This document shows positions 30,085 to 40,482 of a stretch of DNA of 64,000 nt, piece after piece; position 1 is the stretch's first letter, and each line of letters begins with the position of its first letter. Source of the stretch: a virus; the IMG/VR virus record IMGVR_UViG_3300013131_000021; one strand, written 5' to 3'. The notes under the pieces were generated by a model, which saw only the letters and a list, made by a program, of their open reading frames with translations, was not told the origin of the DNA and did not search any database. Made by a program: the position numbers and the translations under genes.

Positions 30085-30872
30085 TTTTTTTAAGCAAAGA
30101 CGGTCAAGATGAATATATCAATATGTTTGCTAAAGGATGCAAGCAATCAATTACATCGACAGATGATTTTATTTTCGAAGATAGTGATAAGCCAATAATT
30201 TTAAGAGGTATTCTTAAGAAAAAAATCATTCATAAATGTTGGGAAGAAAAAAGAACGTTTTACTATATGGATACTGGATATTTTGGAAATGAAAGAACGG
30301 CAACTAATCCAAATGGTTGGAAATATTGGCATAGGATAGTAAAAAACGATTTACAGCATGGTGAAATAATTCCTAGACCAGACGACAGGTTTAAACATTT
30401 TAAAAAAAAATTTCAACCGTGGAAAAAAACTGGAAGGAAAATCTTAATCGCTAAACCAGATGATAAACCTATGAGATTTTATGATTACGACTTAGACACA
30501 TGGTTAGCACATACTATAAAAGAGATTCAAAATCATACAGATCGACCAGTAATAATTAGAGATAGATCTCCAAAAAGAATTGATAGGATTGCTACAAATA
30601 CTTTGCAGGAAGCACTTGATGACGATGTATTTGCATTAGTTACATTTAACAGTGTGGCTGCAACAGAATCAATCTTTCATGGTATACCAACTTTTACACT
30701 AGCACCTGCTAATGCTGCAAGTCCTGTAAGTCTACAGGATTTATCAAGAATTAATGACCCGTATTATCCAGATAAAGATACTTTATATGCCTGGGCCTGT
30801 CATCTGTCTTATGGTCAGTTTCACACTTCTGAATTAAAAAATGGTAAGGCTATGGAGATGTTAAAATCATGA
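30081..30872 (+). CDS. KpsS/KpsC-like (capsule synthesis fold) glycosyltransferase-like protein 1
   Basis: YMDTGYF, WHRIVKN, ILIAKP, IIRDR and VTFNSVAATES.F.GIP motifs. Confidence 0.55.
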   Translation: MIFLSKDGQDEYINMFAKGCKQSITSTDDFIFEDSDKPIILRGILKKKIIHKCWEEKRTFYYMDTGYFGNERTATNPNGWKYWHRIVKNDLQHGEIIPRPDDRFKHFKKKFQPWKKTGRKILIAKPDDKPMRFYDYDLDTWLAHTIKEIQNHTDRPVIIRDRSPKRIDRIATNTLQEALDDDVFALVTFNSVAATESIFHGIPTFTLAPANAASPVSLQDLSRINDPYYPDKDTLYAWACHLSYGQFHTSELKNGKAMEMLKS

Positions 30873-31648
30873 AAGATTTATCTTTAGAACAAAGTTTTAT
30901 ACAAGGATCAAATTTTTCATGCACCCAGGATATCAACGATCTTTCTAAACCGATGGTAGTAAGAGGAGTTACGAGTAAAACAGAAATATTAGAATGTAAG
31001 AATTCTAATAGAGATTACTTTTACATTGATACTGGATATGTAGGAAATTTTCCTAGCGGAGGGAATCCTTCCGGCAAAAAACTTTGGCATAGAGTAGTAA
31101 AGAATGATTTACAACACACTCTACCGAAAAATTTACCAGCCGATCGATGGAATAAACTATTAGAACAGGATTCAAGATTACGGTGGCAGGGTTGGAAAAA
31201 TTATAAAAATAAAATTTTGCTGGTACTTCCTAATCCAAAAGCAACTAGATTTTATGATATAGATTGTGATAAATGGGTTAAAGAAACAACAGAAAAAATT
31301 AAAACTTATATAGACCTTCCGATCGAAATAAGAGTGAAAGGATCGAGAAGTGAAAGAAATATAGGATATTCTATATATTCGGCATTTGATAGCGGTGTAT
31401 ATGCTACGATTTCTTTTAATAGTATTGCTTCTCTAGAATCGGTATTATATGGTATACCCGCATTTGTTTCTGTACCATGTGCTGCATCTAGTTTATGTCC
31501 TACAGATCTTTCTTTATTAAAAAATTTACATAAACCAGATCAAAAAGATATTTTAAAAGTATGTCATACTATAGCCTACGGGCAATTTACACAAGAAGAA
31601 ATTCTCAAAGGTATAACTTGGAAAATAATTAATGAAACTACTGCTTAA
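30869..31648 (+). CDS. KpsS/KpsC-like protein 2
   Basis: YIDTGY, WHRVVKN, ILLVLP and SFNSIASLESVLYGIP motifs. Confidence 0.55.
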   Translation: MKDLSLEQSFIQGSNFSCTQDINDLSKPMVVRGVTSKTEILECKNSNRDYFYIDTGYVGNFPSGGNPSGKKLWHRVVKNDLQHTLPKNLPADRWNKLLEQDSRLRWQGWKNYKNKILLVLPNPKATRFYDIDCDKWVKETTEKIKTYIDLPIEIRVKGSRSERNIGYSIYSAFDSGVYATISFNSIASLESVLYGIPAFVSVPCAASSLCPTDLSLLKNLHKPDQKDILKVCHTIAYGQFTQEEILKGITWKIINETTA

Positions 31649-32732
31649 CGATAAAGAGATAGCAAATTATCTTTCATCAGTTTTAAATCTTAAAGATTTA
31701 ATTAAAGATATTGAGATAAAAGACGAACATTTAGAATCAGTGATCAGCTGGTTTCTTTTAAAGAAAGAAAAAAAAATAGGCAAGGGCGATGATATTTTAG
31801 TACTTTCTGACAAACTGCAAGATAAAATTCATCATGCTGTAAGTAAAGATTTAAGAACGTATACAAACAAAGTTAAAGAAACTGTTGATATATATAGAAA
31901 AAAATATTATTTAAATATTCATAAGCATACAGATTTCATTCTAGAAAAAATAGGAGAAGATAAAGTTCTAGAATATTATAAAAATAGCGATTTAGAAGGG
32001 TTTATAAAATCTACAGGATTGCATATTGATCCAACTAGCGTTTTAGTACGTAGAAAAAATTTTAACGATATAAAAACTAATTGTTTGTTAAGAAACACGG
32101 TGGGCAATGAATCATTTTTAGTTGATAAACTCGAAGGAAATTTTCCGTTTTGGTTTATAGACAGCGGATATACAAATTTTATCGAACCAAATAAAAAATG
32201 GCATAGATTAGTTCGGAATCATTTACATACCGGAAATTTATTTGAAGCTCCTGTAGACAGATTAGGAATTTTTAACACATATCCGAATAAATGGAGAACC
32301 TCTGGAGATAAAATACTTATAATCGAGCCGGGGGAATTTGCTGCTAAAATATTTAAGATTAATATTCAAGAATGGAAATATAATTTAGAGAAAGAATTAG
32401 AGCAGTATACAAATAAAAAGATTATTTTTAGAGAAAAAACTCCAAAGAAACAAAGATCTCCTCTCTACAAACATTTATTAGATGAAGACTATTATTGCGT
32501 TGTATCAATAAATTCAAACGCAGCTACAGAATCGATATGGGCAGGAATCCCAACTATAACTTTAGATAGACACATTTCTAATCCAGTCTCAAAAAATAAA
32601 ATTTCAGAAATTAATAATTTATATACTGGATCTTTAGCTTCCTGGTTAGCGATGTTAAGTTATAGCCAGTTTACTTATGATGAATTACTGTCAGGCAAGG
32701 CGGCAAGAATAGTAAAAGAATATCATGTCTAA
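31632..32732 (+). CDS. KpsS/KpsC-like protein 3 (N-terminal extension)
   Basis: FIDSGY, WHRLVRN, ILIIEP and SINSNAATESIWAGIP motifs. Confidence 0.55.
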   Translation: MKLLLNDKEIANYLSSVLNLKDLIKDIEIKDEHLESVISWFLLKKEKKIGKGDDILVLSDKLQDKIHHAVSKDLRTYTNKVKETVDIYRKKYYLNIHKHTDFILEKIGEDKVLEYYKNSDLEGFIKSTGLHIDPTSVLVRRKNFNDIKTNCLLRNTVGNESFLVDKLEGNFPFWFIDSGYTNFIEPNKKWHRLVRNHLHTGNLFEAPVDRLGIFNTYPNKWRTSGDKILIIEPGEFAAKIFKINIQEWKYNLEKELEQYTNKKIIFREKTPKKQRSPLYKHLLDEDYYCVVSINSNAATESIWAGIPTITLDRHISNPVSKNKISEINNLYTGSLASWLAMLSYSQFTYDELLSGKAARIVKEYHV

Positions 32733-33651
32733 GTATACCGCAGTTGCCTATTATGCTGGAATACCTCCTGGAAATAAAAATTTAGAAAAACCAGCAATAT
32801 TAGATAATTTTATATCTGGAGTTAATATAACAGGAGATATTGGCATATCGCATAAAGATATGACCGCTATTCCGTGTGATGTAGCGTTGATACAAGGATT
32901 TGTTCACGATAAGGGAAAAGATCTTCCTCATCTTAAATTACGTAGATCCGCTATAGAACTACAGAAAAAAAATAATAAACGATCTTTAATTGTTGATAGT
33001 AATTTATTTCTTTATGCAGATCCGGGTAATACAAAAACGTATCTTAGATATAGTTTCGACGGAGTATTCCCAACTACAGGATTTTATTTTGATAAAGATG
33101 TAGATCCTAGCAGATGGACTAAAATTAGCAAAAATTTAAACATATCTCTTAAACCTTATAGAACACATGGAGAACACATATTAATCTGTCTTCAAAGAAA
33201 TGGTGGGTGGAGTATGAGAGGTTTCAATGTGATCGAATGGATGAATCAAACTATCAATCAAGTAAGGCAATTTTCTAAAAAAAGACACATTATTGTACGA
33301 GCACATCCAGGCGATAAAAAAACAAAAGCTATTTTACAAACAAACTTTAAAAATGTAAGCGTAAGTAAAAATGAAAGATTGATAGATGATTTAACAGGAG
33401 CATGGGCAACTATAGTTTATAACAGTAGCCCTAGTGTGGCTAGCCTTATTGAAGGAGTACCGGTGTTTTTAACTGATCCTACCCCGCAATATAGTCAGAC
33501 ATATGGAATATCTAATACAGAACTAAGATTATTAGAATCACCATCGATGCCGGATAGACAAAATTGGATAGAGAGATTATCAATGTGCCACTGGGACTTC
33601 AATGAATTGAAATCTGGTGAAGCGTGGAATTTTTTTAGAAAATATATTTAG
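32725..33651 (+). CDS. KpsS/KpsC-like protein 4
   Basis: ILICLQ, IIVRAHP and YNSSPSVASLIEGVPV motifs. Confidence 0.55.
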   Translation: MSKYTAVAYYAGIPPGNKNLEKPAILDNFISGVNITGDIGISHKDMTAIPCDVALIQGFVHDKGKDLPHLKLRRSAIELQKKNNKRSLIVDSNLFLYADPGNTKTYLRYSFDGVFPTTGFYFDKDVDPSRWTKISKNLNISLKPYRTHGEHILICLQRNGGWSMRGFNVIEWMNQTINQVRQFSKKRHIIVRAHPGDKKTKAILQTNFKNVSVSKNERLIDDLTGAWATIVYNSSPSVASLIEGVPVFLTDPTPQYSQTYGISNTELRLLESPSMPDRQNWIERLSMCHWDFNELKSGEAWNFFRKYI

Positions 33652-34490
33652 ATGAATTGTTGCCAATAAGGTTCTTTTCGTTGTATTTTCAAATCTTCTC
33701 GTTTACTTCTTCCTAAATTTTTTCTAGATCCTTTTAGGTGATCGAGCCATGCACCCCAATCGCTGTTGATCAACGGATGTCCTTCACCTTTACTGTTTCC
33801 AGAAGCAGGTCTCAAATCATTTAGATGTTCTGCCCAGTCTAATTGTTTTAAAAATGGAAATTTCTTACGAACAGCATCAAACACAAAGCTATCGTGCCAC
33901 TCCTCTAGCTGAAATATGCCAGCTTCGGCCTTATCGTACATTCTTTGGAATTCCATCAAGAACATTTTAGTCTGTTCAGATCTCAAATTCAAAGAATATA
34001 ACCCGCATTCGGAATATTTTCCTTTTCTTCCTAAAAAACACAAATCTTTATTTCCCGGAATCATTTTTTCGATGTCCGAAATCGAAATAGAACTATGACA
34101 TACCGTATCTGCGTCCATCCAAATTAAAATATCTGCGTCGGTTTCCTTGGCGCAATGGAATATTGCATAAACTTTATGAGCAAATCTAATAGCGTGCCAT
34201 TTAAATCCCTTTCCGGCATCTTTTCTTTTACTACGAACCGGGTCGTTGCTAACATCGCCATTGGCTTTAGGAACATTTTTCCATTTTTCTTTAAAATTCA
34301 TTAATTCATTGACTGATTCTAAATTAATTACTGAGATATTCGAAGCATCGGATATGATCGGTGTGCATTTCTCCGGATATACGTATAGTTTTACTTCTTT
34401 AGGCCAATTCTTGATGTAAGAATCTATCATGCGCTGACCGTACGTGGTCAACCCATCTTGATTGAAAGTAGTTATTACTGCGAATTTCAT
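33648..34490 (-). CDS. Nucleotide-diphospho-sugar transferase-like (GT-A)
   Basis: FAHKVYA and IWMDAD (DxD) motifs; ATG at 34490 overlaps the upstream TGA. Confidence 0.6.
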   Translation of the reverse strand: MKFAVITTFNQDGLTTYGQRMIDSYIKNWPKEVKLYVYPEKCTPIISDASNISVINLESVNELMNFKEKWKNVPKANGDVSNDPVRSKRKDAGKGFKWHAIRFAHKVYAIFHCAKETDADILIWMDADTVCHSSISISDIEKMIPGNKDLCFLGRKGKYSECGLYSLNLRSEQTKMFLMEFQRMYDKAEAGIFQLEEWHDSFVFDAVRKKFPFLKQLDWAEHLNDLRPASGNSKGEGHPLINSDWGAWLDHLKGSRKNLGRSKREDLKIQRKEPYWQQFI

Positions 34491-34885
34491 TTTATTTTTT
34501 CCCATACATGAAAAAACCCTTGTAAACTTGTGCAACCCCACCCTGTATCATAAAAAGGCTTACTAAAATTCCTTTCTATACAATCATTTCCTTGTACAAA
34601 CACCTTTGATTCATTTCTTTGCCATATTATTTTTATTTCATCTAGATGATTTAGTTTTTCAAGGTCGATAAAGATACTACCGATTTCGGTAAAACTGGTT
34701 AGATCAACAAATTCTTCTTTATAAATCAAATTTTTCGCCTTTATTGTGGGCATTGGTTCGCCTAATACAAAAATTGTTTTGTAATTTTTAAGAATCTGTT
34801 CCAGATAACCAAAAGCCGTGCCTAAAATTATACAATTATTGGTAGAATGCGAAATTTTTCTTAATCTTTTTTCGAATTTTGACAT
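34487..34885 (-). CDS. Hypothetical protein (Rossmann-like)
   Basis: 132 aa, coupled to the downstream GT. Confidence 0.55.
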   Translation of the reverse strand: MSKFEKRLRKISHSTNNCIILGTAFGYLEQILKNYKTIFVLGEPMPTIKAKNLIYKEEFVDLTSFTEIGSIFIDLEKLNHLDEIKIIWQRNESKVFVQGNDCIERNFSKPFYDTGWGCTSLQGFFHVWEKIK

Positions 34886-34919
34886 AATTCATTAAATACG
34901 TATATTATTTATTATAAAA

Positions 34920-35744
34920 ATGCGTTTCAAACTTTATCGCGAATACGGTGCTCTTAATAGCGGTCCGATCTTTGATGCTTTCGAACAAGGGATGCGCCAT
35001 CTTGGGCACGAAACAGTCAATGACAATGAAGAAGTTTCTGTTATTTGGTCTGTTCTATGGTCTGGTAGGATGAAAAATAATAAATCTGTCTATTTAAAAG
35101 CTAAAAATGAGGGTAGACAAATTTGTATTATCGAAGTAGGAAACTTGCGAAGGGGGATTACTTGGAGAATTTCATTGGACCATATCAATAATCTCGGAAA
35201 CTTCGCTAATTCCTTCGATCTAGATCCGGATAGACCACATAGGCTAGGAGTAAGTCTTATGCCGCTACCGCAAAAGCGTCGAGGAGAAATACTCATTGCC
35301 TGTCAACACCAGGAAAGTTTACAGTGGGACGGGATGCCTCCAGCCAGAGTATGGTGTGAAGACATAATTACAAAAATAAAAAACTATACACATCGAAGAA
35401 TTATAATTAGACCACATCCAAGATCCCCGTTTCCTTGCGCCATACCAAATATTTTAGTAGAAAAACCCAAAAAAATTGCTAACACCTACGATGATTTTGA
35501 TATTAACTATAATTATCATTGTGTTATTAATCATAATAGTGGTCCAGCTGTTCAAGCATCTATAAAAGGTGTTCCTGTACTTACAGATATGTCTAGTTTG
35601 GCTTATCCAATGTCTATGACGTGGAATGAATTAGATAATCCGTATGTGCCTGATAGACAAGACTGGTTCCTTAAACTGTGTCATACCGAATACACCATAG
35701 AAGAAATTTCTAAAGGTGTTCCGTTAATCAGATTATTTTCTTGA
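34920..35744 (+). CDS. KpsS/KpsC-like protein 5
   Basis: IEVGNL, ILIACQ, IIIRPHP and NHNSGPAVQASIKGVPV motifs. Confidence 0.55.
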   Translation: MRFKLYREYGALNSGPIFDAFEQGMRHLGHETVNDNEEVSVIWSVLWSGRMKNNKSVYLKAKNEGRQICIIEVGNLRRGITWRISLDHINNLGNFANSFDLDPDRPHRLGVSLMPLPQKRRGEILIACQHQESLQWDGMPPARVWCEDIITKIKNYTHRRIIIRPHPRSPFPCAIPNILVEKPKKIANTYDDFDINYNYHCVINHNSGPAVQASIKGVPVLTDMSSLAYPMSMTWNELDNPYVPDRQDWFLKLCHTEYTIEEISKGVPLIRLFS

Positions 35745-35769
35745 CTTTTATCTTACATTGCTATAAAAT
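35741..35769 (+). promoter_or_regulatory. Sigma70-type promoter (leaderless start)
   Basis: TTGACT-17-TAAAAT, ATG 6 nt later. Confidence 0.7.
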
Positions 35770-35775
35770 AGTAGC

Positions 35776-36963
35776 ATGATATCATCTCTTTCTGCAGAAG
35801 AAATCTTTTTAATATTTTATGATTTAGTTGATAATGGAAAAATCAATATACAGCCGCACGACTGGTCTCCTTTGACAAGTTTTTTTACAAAAGTATATAA
35901 TAAAGATCAGTTAACTAGAAATCAGGCCAACTATATAGAAAAATTATTAGAAAAATATAAAAATGTATGCCTTCAAGCAGGATTTGATTACACCGACGTT
36001 TTAAATAATTTTAGATGGGATCAAGAATTTAGAGTTTTAGACCTATCCAAAAAACTTTATATAGAAACAAAAGACGGTGATTTAGAAATTTGTCTAAAAT
36101 TTCCATATCAACTGAAAAAAGAGTTTGAACAAGAAATAATTGCACGATTCGATTATACAGGGAAAAATAATTATTGGGATTTTGAGAGCAAAGTACGAAG
36201 ACTAAGTTTTTATGATTATAATTTGATATCTATTTTTGAATTTGCTAATAAACACGCATTTACAATAGACGATTCCTTTCTCGATGCACTATCCACCGTC
36301 GAAGAAATTTGGCAAGAATCTGAAAATTTTAGCCCAAGGTCTGAAATAATAGATTCTAAAATCTGCCTCATCAACGCTAATCCAGATGCATATAATTTTT
36401 TTGAATCTAATCGAAGTGGTTATGTCATAGACGATGCTTTACTTGCTAAATCAATGGGATATCCGCTGGACATCATTCCTCAAACATCCATCGAAAAATT
36501 AATATCCAGCGGAAATACCACTTTTTGGATCAAGTCTCATGAAACATTTTTTTCTCTATATAAACAAATCACAGGAAAAGTTTGTATTATATTAGATCGA
36601 ACTCTAAACATATTAGATTGGCTTAAATATTTCGTACAATCAGCCGATAAATTCTCTGTATCTAGAGAAGAGATAAAAGTTTGTTTTAGAGAATCTAAAG
36701 AAACAAACTTAGGATTAAATGAATGGATTCGTCTGGCTGGTGTCGGAGGCAGTGTCGAAAATGGTAGGATATTAATTTTTGAAGCCAAACCAGCAAAATG
36801 GTTGTTTAAACATGAAGAACATGTTAAACTATTAATTACTAACAATGTTTATCCTCCCGCAAATAATCTTACTAAAGACTATCTTAATGGTCATCCTTGT
36901 GTGATATATCTGGGAGATACAAAACCTACGGAACAGAGAGGACATAAGATTGTCGAATTGTAA
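35776..36963 (+). CDS. Hypothetical protein
   Basis: 395 aa, co-transcribed with uvsW. Confidence 0.65.
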   Translation: MISSLSAEEIFLIFYDLVDNGKINIQPHDWSPLTSFFTKVYNKDQLTRNQANYIEKLLEKYKNVCLQAGFDYTDVLNNFRWDQEFRVLDLSKKLYIETKDGDLEICLKFPYQLKKEFEQEIIARFDYTGKNNYWDFESKVRRLSFYDYNLISIFEFANKHAFTIDDSFLDALSTVEEIWQESENFSPRSEIIDSKICLINANPDAYNFFESNRSGYVIDDALLAKSMGYPLDIIPQTSIEKLISSGNTTFWIKSHETFFSLYKQITGKVCIILDRTLNILDWLKYFVQSADKFSVSREEIKVCFRESKETNLGLNEWIRLAGVGGSVENGRILIFEAKPAKWLFKHEEHVKLLITNNVYPPANNLTKDYLNGHPCVIYLGDTKPTEQRGHKIVEL

Positions 36964-38404
36964 ATTAATAATAAAAGACGAAGTTAATATAAAGTTTGAA
37001 GGGCTAGCCGTTGAAACTAGACGAAAAATTGCTAATAAACTTAAATTTGATTTACCATACGCTAGACACATGCCAGCATATAAGTTAGGTAGATGGGACG
37101 GAACAAAAACATACTTCGGCATAGGTGGCACTGGATATCTGGCTCACTTAGATACTATACTTCCTGTGATTGAAGATGATGGATATGATATAGAAATACA
37201 AGATTTACGTAATCATAACTCATTTAGTTTCCCTGAAATCAACGAATCTTACTGGAGTGATCAAGAAAAAACGTGGCCAACAGGACATCCAATGCAAGGA
37301 CAACCAATTGTATTAAGAGATTATCAATACGAGGTCATTAATAAGTTCTTGAATAATCCTCAAGCATTGCAAGAAGTAGCTACCGGAGCAGGTAAAACCA
37401 TAACAACTGCAACACTCAGTCATCTTTGTGAACCATATGGCAGAACTATGGTCATTGTTCCTAACAAAAGTCTAGTCGTTCAAACAGAAGAAGATTATAA
37501 AAATTTAGGATTAGATGTAGGCGTTTATTTCGGTGATCGGAAAGAACTAAACAAAACACATACTATCTGCACATGGCAAAGTTTAAATGTTTTAGATAAA
37601 AAAAGCTACGACAATGATACATTAACGCTAGCAGAATTTTGTGAGGGTGTAGTAGCTGTCATAGTAGACGAAGTCCATCAAGCCAAAGCAGATGTCTTAA
37701 CAAAATTGTTAACACAAAATTTTAAAAATTGTTCTATTCGTTGGGGACTCACCGGAACCATACCAAAAGAAAAATGGGAATATTATGGCTTATTGGCTAG
37801 TATAGGGCCGGTAATTAATCAAATTACTGCTCACGATTTACAACAAAAAGATGTATTAGCTAAACTAGATATTCAAATTTTACAAACACAAGACATAGAA
37901 GTTTTTAGAAATTATCGAGAAGAATACACGTGGTTAGTTAGCAACGAAAATAGATTAGATTGGATTTCTAACTACATTACAAAAATAACAGAGACTGGGA
38001 ACACACTAGTATTAGTGAACAGAATTGAAACCGGCAATAAGCTGATTAAAAAAATAAAGGACGCCGTTTTTATTTCGGGCGCTGTAAAACTAGATGATAG
38101 GAAAGAAGAATATGACGAAATTAAAACTAGTGATGATAAGATTATTGTGGCGACTTATGGTGTGGCCGCTGTGGGTATTAATATTCCAAGGATTTTTAAT
38201 TTGGTTCTTATTGAACCCGGAAAAAGCTTTGTCAGGGTTATACAATCTATTGGGAGAGGCATTAGAAAAGCAGAAGACAAAGACTTCGTCCAAATCTGGG
38301 ATATAACAAGCACCTGCAAGTATGCTAAGAGGCATCTTACAGAGAGAAAGAAATTTTATAAAGAAGCCAAATATCCTTTTACAATAACCAAGGTGAAAAT
38401 ATGA
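36950..38404 (+). CDS. uvsW: SF2 DNA helicase UvsW-like
   Basis: ATGAGKT, VDEVH, GLTGT, ATYGV..VGINIP and QSIGRGIR helicase motifs; TTG start with GAGG SD. Confidence 0.9.
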   Translation: MSNCKLIIKDEVNIKFEGLAVETRRKIANKLKFDLPYARHMPAYKLGRWDGTKTYFGIGGTGYLAHLDTILPVIEDDGYDIEIQDLRNHNSFSFPEINESYWSDQEKTWPTGHPMQGQPIVLRDYQYEVINKFLNNPQALQEVATGAGKTITTATLSHLCEPYGRTMVIVPNKSLVVQTEEDYKNLGLDVGVYFGDRKELNKTHTICTWQSLNVLDKKSYDNDTLTLAEFCEGVVAVIVDEVHQAKADVLTKLLTQNFKNCSIRWGLTGTIPKEKWEYYGLLASIGPVINQITAHDLQQKDVLAKLDIQILQTQDIEVFRNYREEYTWLVSNENRLDWISNYITKITETGNTLVLVNRIETGNKLIKKIKDAVFISGAVKLDDRKEEYDEIKTSDDKIIVATYGVAAVGINIPRIFNLVLIEPGKSFVRVIQSIGRGIRKAEDKDFVQIWDITSTCKYAKRHLTERKKFYKEAKYPFTITKVKI

Positions 38405-38907
38405 GAATTTTAACATTAAACAACATGGCATTCGATCTAAACGAACTGCCTGACGAAGTAGATGAAGATACAAGATTCAGTGTTTTAGATAATTCTAATC
38501 CCCAAGATCCTGACTTTTACTTTATGCCTTTGATTTTTTTAGAATCCTTCAACAGTCCGGCAATATTATTAAACATAGGCGGATATGAAATACAAATGCC
38601 ATTAGATTGGTGTATGATAGTAGGAGATAAAGAATGCGGATTAGATCCAGAAGTCTTGCCTTTGACATCAATAAATGAAAGAGGATTTGATGCATTTATT
38701 TTTAATCCTATTAGCGGGTTTAAAGCAGAATTTATGCCTATCGAAATCGTTAACATATATCAAGACGTTAGATGGTATTTTCCTAAAATGAAAAACGGTC
38801 AACTATTAACCGTACCGCTGCACACTGAAGAGAAACCTCCATGTGTTTTCTTCGTAAAAGAAGTTAGTCGCCAAAGCGAAATTTTACAATTACACAAAAT
38901 ATTTTAA
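38401..38907 (+). CDS. Hypothetical beta-rich protein (possibly Hint-fold-like)
   Basis: 168 aa, ATGA-coupled to uvsW. Confidence 0.6.
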   Translation: MRILTLNNMAFDLNELPDEVDEDTRFSVLDNSNPQDPDFYFMPLIFLESFNSPAILLNIGGYEIQMPLDWCMIVGDKECGLDPEVLPLTSINERGFDAFIFNPISGFKAEFMPIEIVNIYQDVRWYFPKMKNGQLLTVPLHTEEKPPCVFFVKEVSRQSEILQLHKIF

Positions 38908-39146
38908 TGCCATTAGACAACATCATGTACGAAAGCGCAGACGCTGCATTTAAAAGAAGATGCATAGGATGGGAAATAAAATTGTGCTTATGGCCAAGAA
39001 AATGCTATTATACTAATAAATCTTTGTGGTTAAGAAAAGCCTACATAGGTACTTCAATGTTAACTGGTCCGGGCGAACCGATCTTCGATTATCGTTGGGT
39101 ACATGCCAAAGAATTTCTTTTTCTTAAAATAAAAGGCACTGTATGA
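38907..39146 (+). CDS. Hypothetical protein
   Basis: 79 aa, coupled. Confidence 0.55.
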   Translation: MPLDNIMYESADAAFKRRCIGWEIKLCLWPRKCYYTNKSLWLRKAYIGTSMLTGPGEPIFDYRWVHAKEFLFLKIKGTV

Positions 39147-39877
39147 GAGTACACGTAATTACTACATTACACAATGACGGGTACGAATTATTCGGTAAAC
39201 AAAATATCAATACGTGGAATGATTTCTTTCCTGCAGAATGGTCTATAACTTATTATGCTGAAGGTCATTCGCCGATATTTCCTAGAAGAATTAAAGTTGT
39301 AGACTTTTTACAAAAATGTTCAAAATGGACAAATTTTCACAATGAGGTTAAAAAGCAAGCCAGAGGATTAGAAGGCAGAGAACTTAATAGATATAAAAAA
39401 GCTCTTCGTTGGAGTTTTAAAATGTTTGCCTTATTAGATGCATTAAAAAACAAAAATGAAAGATTTGTTTTATGGCTAGACAGTGATGTCAGGGCTATGT
39501 CAACGATTTCAGAAGATTGGTTAACAAAACTTAACAAAAAATGCATTGCTTGTAAATTAGAAAAATTAAAAGTTGGAGATCACATTGAAACAGGAGCAAT
39601 ACTGATCGACACCGATCATATAGACACTGACAAAGTTACATCATGGATAAAAGAAGGGTATGAAGAATTTAAAATTTTAGATATAAACAAACCCTGGGAT
39701 GGAATATGGATGGCATCTTTATTAACCGCTGGCAATGTAGCTTGGTCAAATGTTGATCTAATTGGAAAATCAAACTCTAGAAATCACTGGTTAATACACG
39801 ATGTAGGTAAAAATAAATTTACGAATTCATCCTTTAACGCACAAAGTGGCAGAAAGATAGATACGGAACTTATTTGA
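39143..39877 (+). CDS. GT-A-like sugar transferase (paralogue of 33648..34490)
   Basis: WSFKMFA and LWLDSD (DxD) motifs; similar N-terminus. Confidence 0.55.
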   Translation: MRVHVITTLHNDGYELFGKQNINTWNDFFPAEWSITYYAEGHSPIFPRRIKVVDFLQKCSKWTNFHNEVKKQARGLEGRELNRYKKALRWSFKMFALLDALKNKNERFVLWLDSDVRAMSTISEDWLTKLNKKCIACKLEKLKVGDHIETGAILIDTDHIDTDKVTSWIKEGYEEFKILDINKPWDGIWMASLLTAGNVAWSNVDLIGKSNSRNHWLIHDVGKNKFTNSSFNAQSGRKIDTELI

Positions 39878-40482
39878 TGTTTTATAATTATGTTGACATA
39901 GGAACTTGTAATTTTAAAACTAGCCTTGATATTCTCAAAGCTAATGAAAAAATAATACTGGTAGATCCTATTAAAGAATATTTAGATGATTTACCTTCCA
40001 GTATCAATATCGTTAAAGAAAATTGTGCAATAGACGAAATAAACAGCACAAAAAAAATAACATATATAAATCCGCAATTAATAAAAAACAAGAAATTTAA
40101 ATCGTGGGTTGGGGGATCTAGTAAAATAGGAGAGAAGCATCCTTTAATTTTAAAATTACTACGAGAAAATAAAATTACAGAAAGTGATCTAATAACCGTC
40201 GATGTTAATACATTAACATTTGGATCATTAGTTAAAAAATACGATATCAGCAGTATTTTTCAACTGAAAATTGATACCGAAGGACACGAACACATAATTC
40301 TAACCGATGTCCTTGAATATGTTAAAAATACTGTTAAGATTGATAGAATAATCTTCGAATATCGAGAAGAATTTGGCCATGTTAATAAATTAGATAAATT
40401 AATAGTAGAGTTTACAAAACTTGATTATATAGTTTCTTGGGCTACAAAAAAACAAAGAGATATACAATTGGAGAAATTATGA
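39877..40482 (+). CDS. FkbM-family methyltransferase
   Basis: VDIGT, VDP and LKIDTEGHE motifs. Confidence 0.7.
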   Translation: MFYNYVDIGTCNFKTSLDILKANEKIILVDPIKEYLDDLPSSINIVKENCAIDEINSTKKITYINPQLIKNKKFKSWVGGSSKIGEKHPLILKLLRENKITESDLITVDVNTLTFGSLVKKYDISSIFQLKIDTEGHEHIILTDVLEYVKNTVKIDRIIFEYREEFGHVNKLDKLIVEFTKLDYIVSWATKKQRDIQLEKL

